Source of the DNA: an uncultured Flavobacteriales bacterium
GTDB taxonomy: Bacteria > Bacteroidota > Bacteroidia > Flavobacteriales > UBA7312
Reading direction: 5' to 3'
Assembly (NCBI GenBank): GCA_964004705.1
Contig: CAXFOQ010000001.1
Location: forward strand, 7,467-71,466
Length of the DNA: 64,000 bases
Made by a program: the position numbers and the translations under genes
Part shown: positions 42,835-53,086 of the stretch, piece after piece
How positions within the stretch are numbered: the stretch's first letter is position 1
Layout of the letters: each line of letters starts with the position of its first letter
The notes under the pieces: model-generated
What the model saw: the letters and a program-made list of their open reading frames with translations, nothing else
Told to the model about the DNA's origin: nothing
Database searches by the model: none

Positions 42835-42842
42835 TATTTTTG
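42835..42842 (+). promoter_or_regulatory. Bacteroidota-type -7 promoter box TATTTTTG
   Basis: Exact TAnnTTTG match, 20 nt upstream of ATG 42863. Confidence 0.45.
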
Positions 42843-42862
42843 ATCCTAAATTTTATAAAACT

Positions 42863-44323
42863 ATGAGAAAATACTTTTTTTATACTCTTTTGTTTTTTGT
42901 TGTCATTTGTAATAGTTCTTTTTCTCAGGAGAGCTATAGGTTTGAGGGTCAAGTTAAAGGTCTGCAAGATTCAACTTGTATGTTGGCTTATTATTATGGC
43001 GATAAACAATTTGCAAAAGATACTGCAGAAATAGACCAAGCAGGTCGGTTTGTATTTAGTGGTGATGATACATTAGATCATGGTATGTATATGGTTATAT
43101 TACCAGATGGTAATTATTTTGAAATGGTAGTGACGGAAGATCGCTTTTCGTTTACTACATCTCTCGACAATTTGATTGGAGATATGAAATTTACTAATTC
43201 CTACGAAAATGAAAAGTTTTACGGATATATGCAGTTTATCTCCGAAAAGCAAAAAGCTCTTAAAGAGCTACAAGCCAAAAAAGAAAATGTTAGCGAAAAA
43301 GAAGCTAATAGTATTGATATACAGATTGAAGAAATGGGCAAAGTTGTAATGGATTTTCAAAATAATTTCACATTTAATAACCCAGACATCTTATTCAGTA
43401 AAATATTAAATGCCAGTAAAGATGTTGAAATGCCACAGTTTCCATTATTAACTGATGGCACTAATGATAAAGATTTACAGTTTAAATATTATAAATCTCA
43501 CTTTTTTGACACTTTTGATTTTTCAGATGATAGATTACTAAGAACGCCTGTATTTCATAGTAAAATAAATACCTATTTAGAAAACTTAACAGCTAAAACA
43601 CCGGATTCTCTCATTGTTTCTTGTGACTACCTTATCGAAAAATCAAGAGTAAATACAGACGTCTTTAGATATGTTGTTTCATATCTAACTTCTACATATG
43701 AACGTTCTAAAATAATGGGGCTAGAAAAAGTTTTCGTACATCTGGTAAATAAATATTATAAAACCAATGAGGTAACTTGGGTTGATGAAGCTCAAATGTT
43801 TAAAATTATTGATAGAGCTGAAACCATTGAGCCCCTAATGATTGGCTCTAAAGCTCCAAATTTAGTGCTTAGAGACTCCTCAGATGTTATACATGATATG
43901 TATGACATCAAGAGAGATTTAACTATGATTATTTTCTATGACCCTGATTGTGGACATTGTAAAAAAGAAATTCCTGTTATTAAGCAAAATTATGACGAAT
44001 GGTTAAATGATGGAATAAGTATAGAAGTCATAGCAGTAAGTGTAGAGTTAGACCGAGAAAAATGGGTTGATTTTATTAATACATACGACATCGGCGATTG
44101 GACAAATGTTGCCGAATTTAAAACCTTTGTTGATGGTGAGTTCAATAGACAAAACGACCCTTATGTTACACCCTTTCCTTATATCAAACAATTGTACGAT
44201 ATAAATGGAACACCAAAAGTATATCTATTAGATAAAGATAAAAATATTTTGGTTAATGCTATAAAAGGAAATATTGGAGTAGAACAATTGTCAGAAGTTG
44301 TTCTTAAAGAGGCAAAAAAATAA
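42863..44323 (+). CDS. Secreted thioredoxin-fold protein (TlpA/redoxin-like C-terminal domain with long N-terminal domain)
   Basis: Signal peptide and a C-terminal CxxC active site in FYDPDCGHCKKE within a thioredoxin-like region; 486 aa. Confidence 0.75.
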   Translation: MRKYFFYTLLFFVVICNSSFSQESYRFEGQVKGLQDSTCMLAYYYGDKQFAKDTAEIDQAGRFVFSGDDTLDHGMYMVILPDGNYFEMVVTEDRFSFTTSLDNLIGDMKFTNSYENEKFYGYMQFISEKQKALKELQAKKENVSEKEANSIDIQIEEMGKVVMDFQNNFTFNNPDILFSKILNASKDVEMPQFPLLTDGTNDKDLQFKYYKSHFFDTFDFSDDRLLRTPVFHSKINTYLENLTAKTPDSLIVSCDYLIEKSRVNTDVFRYVVSYLTSTYERSKIMGLEKVFVHLVNKYYKTNEVTWVDEAQMFKIIDRAETIEPLMIGSKAPNLVLRDSSDVIHDMYDIKRDLTMIIFYDPDCGHCKKEIPVIKQNYDEWLNDGISIEVIAVSVELDREKWVDFINTYDIGDWTNVAEFKTFVDGEFNRQNDPYVTPFPYIKQLYDINGTPKVYLLDKDKNILVNAIKGNIGVEQLSEVVLKEAKK

Positions 44324-44394
44324 CAGATTTTTTTAATAATTAAATTTAATTGACAATTAGAAAAAAGGCAACTGGAGAAATGTTAGTCATTTTT

Positions 44395-44925
44395 TTATCT
44401 AAAGAATACATCAGTAGCGCCACCAGAATACCTCATAAAATCCGAGTCTTTAAAATCAAGCCTAAATGAGTACAATAGATTATGCACTTCTTTTCTCAAT
44501 ACGCCTTGGCCTCTTCCGTGAATGATTACCAATTTATGAACTTTAGCTTTTAATGCTTTATGAATGATATTTTCACACTTATCCAATTGATAGTTTACTA
44601 TTTCATGATTACTCATGTGACAAAAATTGTCAAGTAAATTTTCAATATGAATATCTATTTCCCAAACTAATGGTGTTTTGGATTTGAAAATAGAATTTTT
44701 TTGCAATTTTTTAGTTAACTTTTTAAAACCATCTGGAACATAAGTAGTTTTCAAACTTTTCTCTAAGTCTTGATTAACTTTAATAATGGCATTTATTGAA
44801 TGTTTTTCTTCAAAACCTTCATTAGTTAATATTATGTATGAATTTTCTAAAATTGAAATGACCTCGCCCCCTCCTTCAGAGTCCAAAAACTTAATCTTAT
44901 CACCAATTCTTATTTTATTGTCCAT
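44395..44925 (-). CDS. Smr-domain protein
   Basis: C-terminal Smr motif LVIIHGRGQGVLRKEVHNLL; 176 aa. 11-nt overlap with the upstream DUF2279-like gene. Confidence 0.75.
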   Translation of the reverse strand: MDNKIRIGDKIKFLDSEGGGEVISILENSYIILTNEGFEEKHSINAIIKVNQDLEKSLKTTYVPDGFKKLTKKLQKNSIFKSKTPLVWEIDIHIENLLDNFCHMSNHEIVNYQLDKCENIIHKALKAKVHKLVIIHGRGQGVLRKEVHNLLYSFRLDFKDSDFMRYSGGATDVFFR

Positions 44926-45766
44926 AGTGTAAGGGGTAAAAATTAAGTTTGTTTTGTGATAACTTAAATGCTGGCATAGGTACTTTAATAAAGCTCAATA
45001 TTTTTAGTGCTTTATCAAAAAACTTTTTATTAGTTTTTATCATTCTCAAATTAATATCTAAACTAGCGTAAAATTCTCTATGCGTTCCTTCTTCATCGGA
45101 GTTGCCATTATACATACCATCTGCACCATATCCAATAGCCATATTTAACCAATCTGGTAATAATGTTTTTTTAAAAGAATTAATATTAAACGATAACCAG
45201 TAGACTTGACCGTTATAATCTTTTAATGACTGTTGTAGAAAATTTGAACCTAATAAATCTGGTTTATATTTGGCGTATTCACTAGCATTGAAAGAATACT
45301 TCATTTGTATCCTTTGTTCTTTCCAAAGAAGCTCTTGACCAATAAATACAAAAGTTCCACTTGTATTTGCGATTAAATCACCCCAAGAAGCTCCCCACTC
45401 CTTCGAAAAGCCATCTAAAGTTTCAATAGTTGTTAGAAAAAATGCTCCATATAAACCACCATACCATAATGCTTTTCTTTTGCTTACACCACCCCACTCC
45501 ATTAGATCATTTCCTAACATGCCAACTTGATAAGCAGTTGTGGCATGCCCTACTTTATCCATTTGTAACCAATTAGAATTGTCGTTTATCCAATGAAAAC
45601 TGCTCTTAGGATAGTCCTTATACCACAAGTCGTTAAGAGCATACATAGTAATAGAATACAAAACTATTTCACTCCCAAGGGCAATATGGAATGCTCTAGT
45701 ACTATCAGTTTTTTGTGCAAAACTGATTTGACTAAATAAACATATACCAACTACTAAGCTCCTCAT
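44915..45766 (-). CDS. DUF2279-like exported protein
   Basis: Signal peptide ending SFAQ and a DKVGHATTAYQVG motif reminiscent of DUF2279 (YfiM-like) proteins. Confidence 0.55.
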   Translation of the reverse strand: MRSLVVGICLFSQISFAQKTDSTRAFHIALGSEIVLYSITMYALNDLWYKDYPKSSFHWINDNSNWLQMDKVGHATTAYQVGMLGNDLMEWGGVSKRKALWYGGLYGAFFLTTIETLDGFSKEWGASWGDLIANTSGTFVFIGQELLWKEQRIQMKYSFNASEYAKYKPDLLGSNFLQQSLKDYNGQVYWLSFNINSFKKTLLPDWLNMAIGYGADGMYNGNSDEEGTHREFYASLDINLRMIKTNKKFFDKALKILSFIKVPMPAFKLSQNKLNFYPLHYGQ

Positions 45767-45824
45767 TGTGCAAATATAGTTAGTACCTTTTTGAAATCTT
45801 ACAATTTGATTTGAATTGTTTATA

Positions 45825-45832
45825 TATCTTTG
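45825..45832 (+). promoter_or_regulatory. Bacteroidota-type -7 promoter box TATCTTTG
   Basis: Exact TAnnTTTG match, 23 nt upstream of the fahA ATG (45856). TTTG at 45805-45808 is a possible -33 element. Confidence 0.5.
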
Positions 45833-45855
45833 CTTAGGCTAAAAAAAAATAAGCA

Positions 45856-47106
45856 ATGATTGAAGCTAATAATCCAAATTTAAATACTTGGTTAGACGTA
45901 ACACAAAATAGTGATTTCCCAATACAAAATATCCCTTTCGGAATTGCTTTAATTGATAAATGTAAGTTAGGAGTAAGCCGAATAGGCGATACAATAATTA
46001 ACCTATCAAAACTTTATGAATTAGGTGCATTTCATGATGTCCTTTCCGAAAACTATTTTGATAAAAATTTTTTAAATGATTTTCTTAAAAAGAAAAAATC
46101 AGATTGGCGTTCTGTTAGGAATAAAATTTCTGAAATTTTTACTGATGAGAAAAATATAGATAAATATACTTCTGCATTGTATGAATTAAAAGATGTAGAA
46201 ATGTGTATGCCTTTAAAAATTGGAGATTACACAGACTTTTATTCTTCTCGGCAACATGCTTATAATGTTGGCTGTATGTTCAGAGACCCAGACAATGCAT
46301 TGTTGCCAAATTGGCAACATATTCCTGTTGGTTACCATGGTCGTTCATCTTCGATAGTACTTTCTGGAACAGATATTTACAGACCTAAAGGTCAACAATT
46401 ACCTATCGACGCTAAAGCACCTGTTTTCGGACCTTGTAAATTACTTGATTTTGAATTAGAAATGGCATTCATAACTGGCGAAGGAAAACCTTTAGGCGAT
46501 TCTATTTCAATTGATGAAGCTGAAGATTATATTTTCGGAATGGTGATTTTCAACGATTGGTCTGCAAGAGATATTCAGAAATGGGAATATGTTCCATTAG
46601 GTCCTTTTTTGGCTAAAAACTTTGCCTCTTCCATTTCACCTTGGATTATTACTTTAGATGCATTAGAACCATTTAGATGTATAGGCGAAAAACAAGAGCC
46701 TGAAGTTCTACCATATCTAAAATACACAGGTAATAAAAATATTGATATCAATTTAGAAGTTCAAATAGAGTCCGATAACTTTTCAGCACATACTGTCTCA
46801 AAATCTAATTACAAATATATGTATTGGAATATGAATCAGCAATTAGCTCATCATACCGTAAATGGCTGTGATATTCATGCTGGTGATATGATGGCTTCAG
46901 GAACTATTTCCGGAAATGATGAAAGTGCTTATGGCTCAATGTTAGAGCTTTCCTGGAAAGGTACAAAGCCTTTGTTAATGCCCGATGGTAGTGAACGTAA
47001 ATTCATAAATGATGGTGATACAGTTATAATGAAAGCACATAGTTTAAAGAACAATGTTAGAATTGGATTTGGTGAAGTTAGAACAAAAGTACTACCCTCT
47101 AAATAG
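45856..47106 (+). CDS. fahA: Fumarylacetoacetase
   Basis: 416 aa. N-terminal FPIQNIPFG, then YTDFYSS, GYHGRSSS and a C-terminal FAH fold (DWSARDIQ.WEY.PLGPF). Confidence 0.92.
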   Translation: MIEANNPNLNTWLDVTQNSDFPIQNIPFGIALIDKCKLGVSRIGDTIINLSKLYELGAFHDVLSENYFDKNFLNDFLKKKKSDWRSVRNKISEIFTDEKNIDKYTSALYELKDVEMCMPLKIGDYTDFYSSRQHAYNVGCMFRDPDNALLPNWQHIPVGYHGRSSSIVLSGTDIYRPKGQQLPIDAKAPVFGPCKLLDFELEMAFITGEGKPLGDSISIDEAEDYIFGMVIFNDWSARDIQKWEYVPLGPFLAKNFASSISPWIITLDALEPFRCIGEKQEPEVLPYLKYTGNKNIDINLEVQIESDNFSAHTVSKSNYKYMYWNMNQQLAHHTVNGCDIHAGDMMASGTISGNDESAYGSMLELSWKGTKPLLMPDGSERKFINDGDTVIMKAHSLKNNVRIGFGEVRTKVLPSK

Positions 47107-47114
47107 TTTTCGCT

Positions 47115-49322
47115 TTGCAGTCTATTGATCTTGACATAGAAAGAAAAGAAATTCTCAACAGATATAGAGGGTTGCTTAGAGATTGTAGAGATAAAACTAA
47201 TAAGGAAGACAAAAAAAGTATTCGTAAAGCATTTAACATTGCTGTTGAGGCTCATAAAGATATGCGTCGTAAATCTGGTGAGCCATACATTTATCATCCT
47301 ATTGATGTTGCAAGAATTTCTGCTAAAGACATTGGCTTAGGTACAACTTCCATTATATGTGCTTTATTACACGATGTTGTTGAGGATACCGATTATACCT
47401 TAGAGGATATTGAACGTATTTTTGATTCTAAGGTAGCAAGAATTATAGACGGATTAACAAAAATTTCTGATGTGTATGATCAAAACGTATCTATGCAAGC
47501 TGAAAATTTTAGAAAGATGCTTCTAACCTTATCTGATGATGTAAGAGTTATCCTTATTAAATTAGCAGATAGATTGCATAATATGCGTACACTTAGCTCT
47601 ATGCCTAAACATAAACAATTGAAGATTGCCTCTGAAACATTATATCTGTATGCTCCTCTTGCTCATAGATTAGGACTTTATGCAATTAAAACTGAGTTAG
47701 AAGATTTAGGATTAAAATTTACAAAATCAGAAATTTATAAGGCTATTTCAGAGAAGTTAGCTGAAAGCAAAAGATCTAGAGTACGTTACATCAATAAATT
47801 TACAATTCCTTTAAAAGAAGAATTAAACAAGCAAGAATTCAAATACAATATTAAAGGTAGGCCAAAGTCTATTTTTTCTATTCGAAATAAAATGTTGAAA
47901 CAAGGGGTTGAATTTGAAGAAGTATTTGACAAATTTGCTATTCGAATTATCGTAAACGCTAAACCAGAAGACGAAAAAGCTTTTTGCTGGAGAGTTTACT
48001 CTATTGTTACTGATTTTTATATGCCAAATCCAGACAGATTGAGAGATTGGATTTCAACCCCAAAAGCTAATGGATATGAAGCTCTACACACAACTGTAAT
48101 GGGACCCAATGGAAAATGGGTAGAAGTACAAATCCGAACTGAAAGAATGGACGATATTGCTGAAAAAGGCTTTGCTGCACATTGGAAATACAAAGATTCT
48201 TCGTCAAAAGAATCAAATCTTGATAATTGGATTAACAGAATAAGAGAATTATTAGAAAATCCTGATTCTAATGCCATAGATTTTGTGGACAATTTTAAAA
48301 TGAATCTTTACTCTGAAGAGATATTCATTTTCACTCCAAATGGCGACTTAAAAACATTACCTAAAGATGCCACACCAGTTGACTTTGCATATGAAATACA
48401 CACAGAAGTTGGTAGTCATTGCTTAGGAGCTAAAGTCAATGGTAAACTAGTACCATTTTCTCACACACTAAAAAGTGGAGACCAAGTAGAAATTATTACA
48501 TCAAACAAACAATCGCCAAAAGAAGATTGGTTGAGTTTTGTAAAAACTTCTAGAGCAAAGTCAAAAATTAAAAACGCTTTAAAAGAAGAAAAAAAGAAAA
48601 TTGGACAAGAAGGAAAAGCAATATTGTCAAGGAAATTAAGGCATATAAAAATTAATTTTAGTCATAAGACCGAAAATGAAATGTTAAAGTTTTTTAACCT
48701 TAAAAACAGCTTAGACATGTACTATCTATTTGGTGTTGGCAAGCTGAACAACAAGCATATTCGTTCTTATGTAAACACCAAAAATCAGGGTTGGTATGGT
48801 TTACTTAAAAGTAAAATTTCTAAGAAAGATCAAAAAAATATTGATAGCAGTGCAACAGTAAAACGTGCCAACAGTCAACCTGTTATACTTTTTGGTAATG
48901 ATGAACAAATCCTTGATTACAAAATTGCTAAATGCTGTTCGTCAATAGGTGGCGATGAGATATTTGGGTTTACAACTATAAACGAGGGGATAAAGGTTCA
49001 TAATGTAAATTGTCCTAATGCTATTCAGCTACAATCAAGATATGCTTACAGAATTTTAAAAGCTAAATGGGCAACTGTTGAAAATTTAGAATACTCTGCT
49101 GTTTTACGTATAAATGGTTTTGATCAAATTGGTTTAGTCAACAAAATAACTAAACTCATTTCTAACGAGATGAATGTGAACATTTCATCAATTAATATTG
49201 AAACAAATAATGGAATTTTTGATGGTAGAATTTCTGTAATTGTAATAAATAAATTCCATCTTGAAAATCTTATTAATAAATTAGAGAGTATCGATGGTGT
49301 TGAGTCGGTAGAACGTCTTTAA
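47115..49322 (+). CDS. Bifunctional (p)ppGpp synthetase/hydrolase RelA/SpoT (Rsh)
   Basis: HD domain (HDVVEDT), synthetase domain (YEALHTTV, RTERMDDIAEKG.AAHW), and TGS and ACT domains. TTG start, as there is no nearby in-frame ATG. Confidence 0.95.
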   Translation: MQSIDLDIERKEILNRYRGLLRDCRDKTNKEDKKSIRKAFNIAVEAHKDMRRKSGEPYIYHPIDVARISAKDIGLGTTSIICALLHDVVEDTDYTLEDIERIFDSKVARIIDGLTKISDVYDQNVSMQAENFRKMLLTLSDDVRVILIKLADRLHNMRTLSSMPKHKQLKIASETLYLYAPLAHRLGLYAIKTELEDLGLKFTKSEIYKAISEKLAESKRSRVRYINKFTIPLKEELNKQEFKYNIKGRPKSIFSIRNKMLKQGVEFEEVFDKFAIRIIVNAKPEDEKAFCWRVYSIVTDFYMPNPDRLRDWISTPKANGYEALHTTVMGPNGKWVEVQIRTERMDDIAEKGFAAHWKYKDSSSKESNLDNWINRIRELLENPDSNAIDFVDNFKMNLYSEEIFIFTPNGDLKTLPKDATPVDFAYEIHTEVGSHCLGAKVNGKLVPFSHTLKSGDQVEIITSNKQSPKEDWLSFVKTSRAKSKIKNALKEEKKKIGQEGKAILSRKLRHIKINFSHKTENEMLKFFNLKNSLDMYYLFGVGKLNNKHIRSYVNTKNQGWYGLLKSKISKKDQKNIDSSATVKRANSQPVILFGNDEQILDYKIAKCCSSIGGDEIFGFTTINEGIKVHNVNCPNAIQLQSRYAYRILKAKWATVENLEYSAVLRINGFDQIGLVNKITKLISNEMNVNISSINIETNNGIFDGRISVIVINKFHLENLINKLESIDGVESVERL

Positions 49323-49387
49323 AAGGTGTTGAAAATTAGTCTTTTTTTTTAAAAAAAAAGTTATTTTTACTTTTTACATTATTTAAT

Positions 49388-49843
49388 ATGTCAAAAATCG
49401 AATCGACTTCATCAGTTATAGAAATTTTTACTCAATATCTTGAGAAAAACGGTCAGCGTAAAACTCCTGAGCGTTTTGCTATTTTACAAGAAATTTATGA
49501 TCATGACGGTCATTTTGATATAGAAACTCTATACATTAAAATGAAAAATAAAAAATATAGAGTAAGCAGAGCAACTTTATATAATACAATTGAGTTATTA
49601 ATTGAAAGCAAATTAGTTAGAAAACATCAATTTGGAAAAAATCAATCTCAATACGAAAAATCTCTTATAAGCGGCCAACACGATCACCTTATTTGTAATA
49701 AATGTAACAAAGTTATTGAATTTTGTGATCCTAGAATTCAAAACATAAAAGACACTGTCGAAAACGTACTTAACTTTAAAATAATTAACCACTCTTTGAA
49801 TTTCTACGGTGAATGTAAAGACGAAAATTGTCAATCTGAATAA
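49388..49843 (+). CDS. Fur-family transcriptional regulator
   Basis: Winged-helix N-terminal domain ([20 protein letters not shown]), HDHLIC.KC and C-terminal Cys pairs; 151 aa. Confidence 0.85.
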   Translation: MSKIESTSSVIEIFTQYLEKNGQRKTPERFAILQEIYDHDGHFDIETLYIKMKNKKYRVSRATLYNTIELLIESKLVRKHQFGKNQSQYEKSLISGQHDHLICNKCNKVIEFCDPRIQNIKDTVENVLNFKIINHSLNFYGECKDENCQSE

Positions 49844-49856
49844 TAAATATATATAA

Positions 49857-51122
49857 ATGTCGGTAGATGTATTGCTAGGCCTACAATGGGGCGATGAAGG
49901 AAAAGGTAAAATTGTTGATGTGCTAACTCAAGACTATGATATTATTGCTCGTTTTCAAGGTGGTCCTAATGCTGGTCACACTCTTGAATTTGATGGTATT
50001 AAGCATGTGTTACATACTATCCCGTCAGGTATATTTCATAAAAATGCCATTAACATAGTGGGTAATGGAGTGGTGATAGACCCTATTATTTTCAAAAGAG
50101 AAGTAGATGCTCTTAATAAGATGCATGTTGACTTACATGAGAAATTATTACTTTCAAAAAAAGCTCATCTAATTCTACCTACTCATAAAATATTAGACGC
50201 TGCCTCGGAAAAAGCGAAAGGTAAAAGTAAAATAGGCTCAACTCTAAAAGGAATAGGACCTACCTACATGGATAAAACAGGTAGAAATGGTTTGAGAGTA
50301 GGTGATATCAATTCATCTGAATTTAAGAATCGTTATGATAATCTTGTTGCTAAACATAGTAAAATGTTGAACAATGATTTTATGGATTTTGACTTAGATA
50401 GTTTAGAAAAAAAATGGTTTGAAGGCATAGAAATATTAAAGTCATTTACTCATATTGATAGCGAACATTATTTACACAAAGCACAAAAAAATGGTAAAAA
50501 GATTTTAGCTGAAGGCGCACAAGGCACTTTATTAGATATTGACTTTGGCTCCTATCCTTTTGTTACCTCTTCTAATACTATATCAGCAGGGGCTTGTACT
50601 GGCTTAGGAATAGCTCCTAATAAAATTGGAGATGTCATTGGTATTTTTAAAGCGTATTGTACAAGAGTTGGTAGCGGTCCATTTCCAACTGAATTATTTA
50701 ATGAAGTAGGCGAATTCATTGGAAAGGTTGGTAATGAATTTGGTGCAACTACTGGAAGAAAAAGACGTTGTGGCTGGATAGATATACCCGCACTTAAATA
50801 CGCTATTACAATAAATGGCGTTACTAAGTTAATGATGATGAAAGCTGACGTGCTTAGTAATTTGAAAAATATTCAAGTTTGTACTCACTATAAATATAAT
50901 GGAAAATTAATTGACTATTTACCATTTGATGCTAGTGAAGATTCTATCGAGCCTGTTTATAAAGAGTTAGCCGCATGGGAAGAAGATTTAACTCAATTGT
51001 CTTCTATTGACGATGCTCCATCACAATTAATAGATTATATCGACTTTCTTGAAAAAGAATTAGAAACACCAATTGTTGTGGTTTCTGTTGGTCCAAATAG
51101 AACTCAAACTATTTACAGATAA
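49857..51122 (+). CDS. purA: Adenylosuccinate synthase PurA
   Basis: P-loop GLQWGDEGKGK, GPNAGHT, GIGPTY and TTGRKRRCGW motifs; 421 aa. Confidence 0.97.
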   Translation: MSVDVLLGLQWGDEGKGKIVDVLTQDYDIIARFQGGPNAGHTLEFDGIKHVLHTIPSGIFHKNAINIVGNGVVIDPIIFKREVDALNKMHVDLHEKLLLSKKAHLILPTHKILDAASEKAKGKSKIGSTLKGIGPTYMDKTGRNGLRVGDINSSEFKNRYDNLVAKHSKMLNNDFMDFDLDSLEKKWFEGIEILKSFTHIDSEHYLHKAQKNGKKILAEGAQGTLLDIDFGSYPFVTSSNTISAGACTGLGIAPNKIGDVIGIFKAYCTRVGSGPFPTELFNEVGEFIGKVGNEFGATTGRKRRCGWIDIPALKYAITINGVTKLMMMKADVLSNLKNIQVCTHYKYNGKLIDYLPFDASEDSIEPVYKELAAWEEDLTQLSSIDDAPSQLIDYIDFLEKELETPIVVVSVGPNRTQTIYR

Positions 51123-51153
51123 TCATTTGATTCTACTCAGAAATATATTATTA

Positions 51154-52620
51154 ATGATAGTATTCATTAATGTGATATATGCTCAAGAAAAAAGTCAATT
51201 AGAGATTATTAATGCTAATTACACCTATTTTGATCAAAGTAAATACCCAGATATTCGAAGACTAGTTGGTGATGTTACTTTCATGCACGAAGGTGCTATA
51301 ATGAATTGCGATAGTGCTTGGTATTACTTTAATGAAAATCGTTTTGAAGCTTATAGTAATATACATATAAATAAAGGAGATAGTATACATTTATATGGAG
51401 CAAAGTTAGATTATAATGGTTCTAACAACAAAGCAATAGTGCGACAAAATATTGTGTTGAAGGATAAGGACATGCAATTAAAAACAGAAGAATTACATTA
51501 TTTCTTAAAAACAAATATCGCTTCATATTATTCAGGAGCAATAATCACAAACAAAGAAAATGTTTTAAAAAGTCGAAAAGGAGATTATCTTTCATCTTCA
51601 AAAACTATAGTCTTTAAAAGCGATGTTACTTTAGATAATCCTGAATATCTCATTGAGTGTGACACCCTACACTACAATACAGAATCAGAGATAGCCTATT
51701 TTTATGGGCCTACAACCATTAAATCTGAGAGCAACTTCATTTATTGTGAAGACGGTTGGTATAATACACTTACCGATATATCTAAATTTAGTGGTAATGC
51801 TTATTTATATAGTGATAATCAAAAACTATCTGGAGATGTCTTATTTTATGATAGAAAAAATGGCTATGGCAAAGCATTGAATAATATAACTATAAAAGAT
51901 ACAACCAATAATTTCACAATCCATGGTCATAAAGCTGAATATTTTGAAAAATTAGATAGTTCAATAATTTCTATAAAACCCTTGTTAGTGGCTGATTTTG
52001 ATGATGACACCTTATTCCTTCATTCAGATACTATAATTGCCACTTTAGATAGCTTACAACATCAGCAAATCAAAGCTTTCACAGGTGTAAAATTTTATAG
52101 TAAAAATTTACAAGGCAAATCTAGAGTAATATTTTACTATATGAATGATTCAACTATTCAAATGTTTAACGACCCAATACTTTGGTCGGACAATTATCAA
52201 TTAAGCTCAGAACATATAATATTAGAAATTAAAAATAATAATATTGATAAAATGAATCTCTTACAAAATGCTTTTATCATTTCTGAAGACAGCTTGGATT
52301 TATATAACCAAATTAAAGGAAGAAATATGATAGGTATCTTTAAAAGAAATGAACTACATAAAATTAATGTTAGAGGTAATGGACAAGCCGTTTATGTCAT
52401 CAAAGATGAGGAAGATAAAATTTCTGGAATAAATGCGGTTATTTGTAGTCAAATGAATATATACGTGGATAAAAAAGAAATACATCAGATATCTTTTCAA
52501 AAACAGCCTAATGCAACCATTTTTCCAATTGAAGAATTACCACAAAAATGGAAAAAACTGAAAGGATTTAATGAGCGTTATTCGGAACGTATAATTGAAA
52601 AAGAAGATATTTGGGATTAA
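51154..52620 (+). CDS. OstA-like (LptA/LptD N-terminal fold) periplasmic protein
   Basis: Signal-like N-terminus MIVFINVIYAQE from ATG 51154, and repeated beta-jellyroll-like segments as in the OstA-like proteins of Bacteroidota. Confidence 0.65.
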   Translation: MIVFINVIYAQEKSQLEIINANYTYFDQSKYPDIRRLVGDVTFMHEGAIMNCDSAWYYFNENRFEAYSNIHINKGDSIHLYGAKLDYNGSNNKAIVRQNIVLKDKDMQLKTEELHYFLKTNIASYYSGAIITNKENVLKSRKGDYLSSSKTIVFKSDVTLDNPEYLIECDTLHYNTESEIAYFYGPTTIKSESNFIYCEDGWYNTLTDISKFSGNAYLYSDNQKLSGDVLFYDRKNGYGKALNNITIKDTTNNFTIHGHKAEYFEKLDSSIISIKPLLVADFDDDTLFLHSDTIIATLDSLQHQQIKAFTGVKFYSKNLQGKSRVIFYYMNDSTIQMFNDPILWSDNYQLSSEHIILEIKNNNIDKMNLLQNAFIISEDSLDLYNQIKGRNMIGIFKRNELHKINVRGNGQAVYVIKDEEDKISGINAVICSQMNIYVDKKEIHQISFQKQPNATIFPIEELPQKWKKLKGFNERYSERIIEKEDIWD

Positions 52621-53084
52621 TCAGCATATCTTGCTAGCCAACTTTCTGATAATGGCACTTTCCACTTACTTTCATATTCAATTTTGGTGCTTACCAAATT
52701 ATCATAAACAATTGTTTGCGGAGTAAGTATTTTTTTAAACTCAGCTATGGGTAATACCTTGGTTGATTCACCGTCTAAAAAGGCAATATTCATTCTATTA
52801 AAAAAGTCGATATTGTATTTATTAGCGATAGCTTTTATCACCGCTACAGAACTATCTATAGAACAACCACTTGCCGACTGCTTATTTTCATCTACAAACA
52901 AGCAAATGAACCAATCGTGTATCTGAAATGAACAATGCAATGCCGTGCCGTGGGTATTCCAATTATTACATAATTCGATTAGTTGACTTTCTAAATCTGT
53001 CTTTTCAGCAGAACTAAAGGTCCTATCAGATTGATAAATCCATACTCTAGCATCAGAGCTAATTTTGTTATAAGGAACGTACAT
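52617..53084 (-). CDS. Conserved hypothetical protein, last gene of the Fe-S operon
   Basis: 155-aa ORF starting 2 nt after the CCG-domain gene stop. I recognise no motif. Confidence 0.55.
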   Translation of the reverse strand: MYVPYNKISSDARVWIYQSDRTFSSAEKTDLESQLIELCNNWNTHGTALHCSFQIHDWFICLFVDENKQSASGCSIDSSVAVIKAIANKYNIDFFNRMNIAFLDGESTKVLPIAEFKKILTPQTIVYDNLVSTKIEYESKWKVPLSESWLARYAD

Positions 53085-53086
53085 GT

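Noticed and set aside
49341-49360. CT9A9G perfect palindrome between relA/spoT and fur.
   Set aside because: It would form only a weak all-A:U hairpin and has no G/C stem. It is more likely a homopolymer-rich spacer or weak bidirectional pause site than a defined element. Homopolymer length could vary, but I cannot test that from one sequence.
51073-51153. TTG-initiated N-terminal extension of the OstA-like ORF overlapping the purA 3' end by 50 nt.
   Set aside because: The ATG at 51154 gives a typical short signal-like N-terminus (MIVFINVIYAQE). The extension has no support and would overlap purA extensively.
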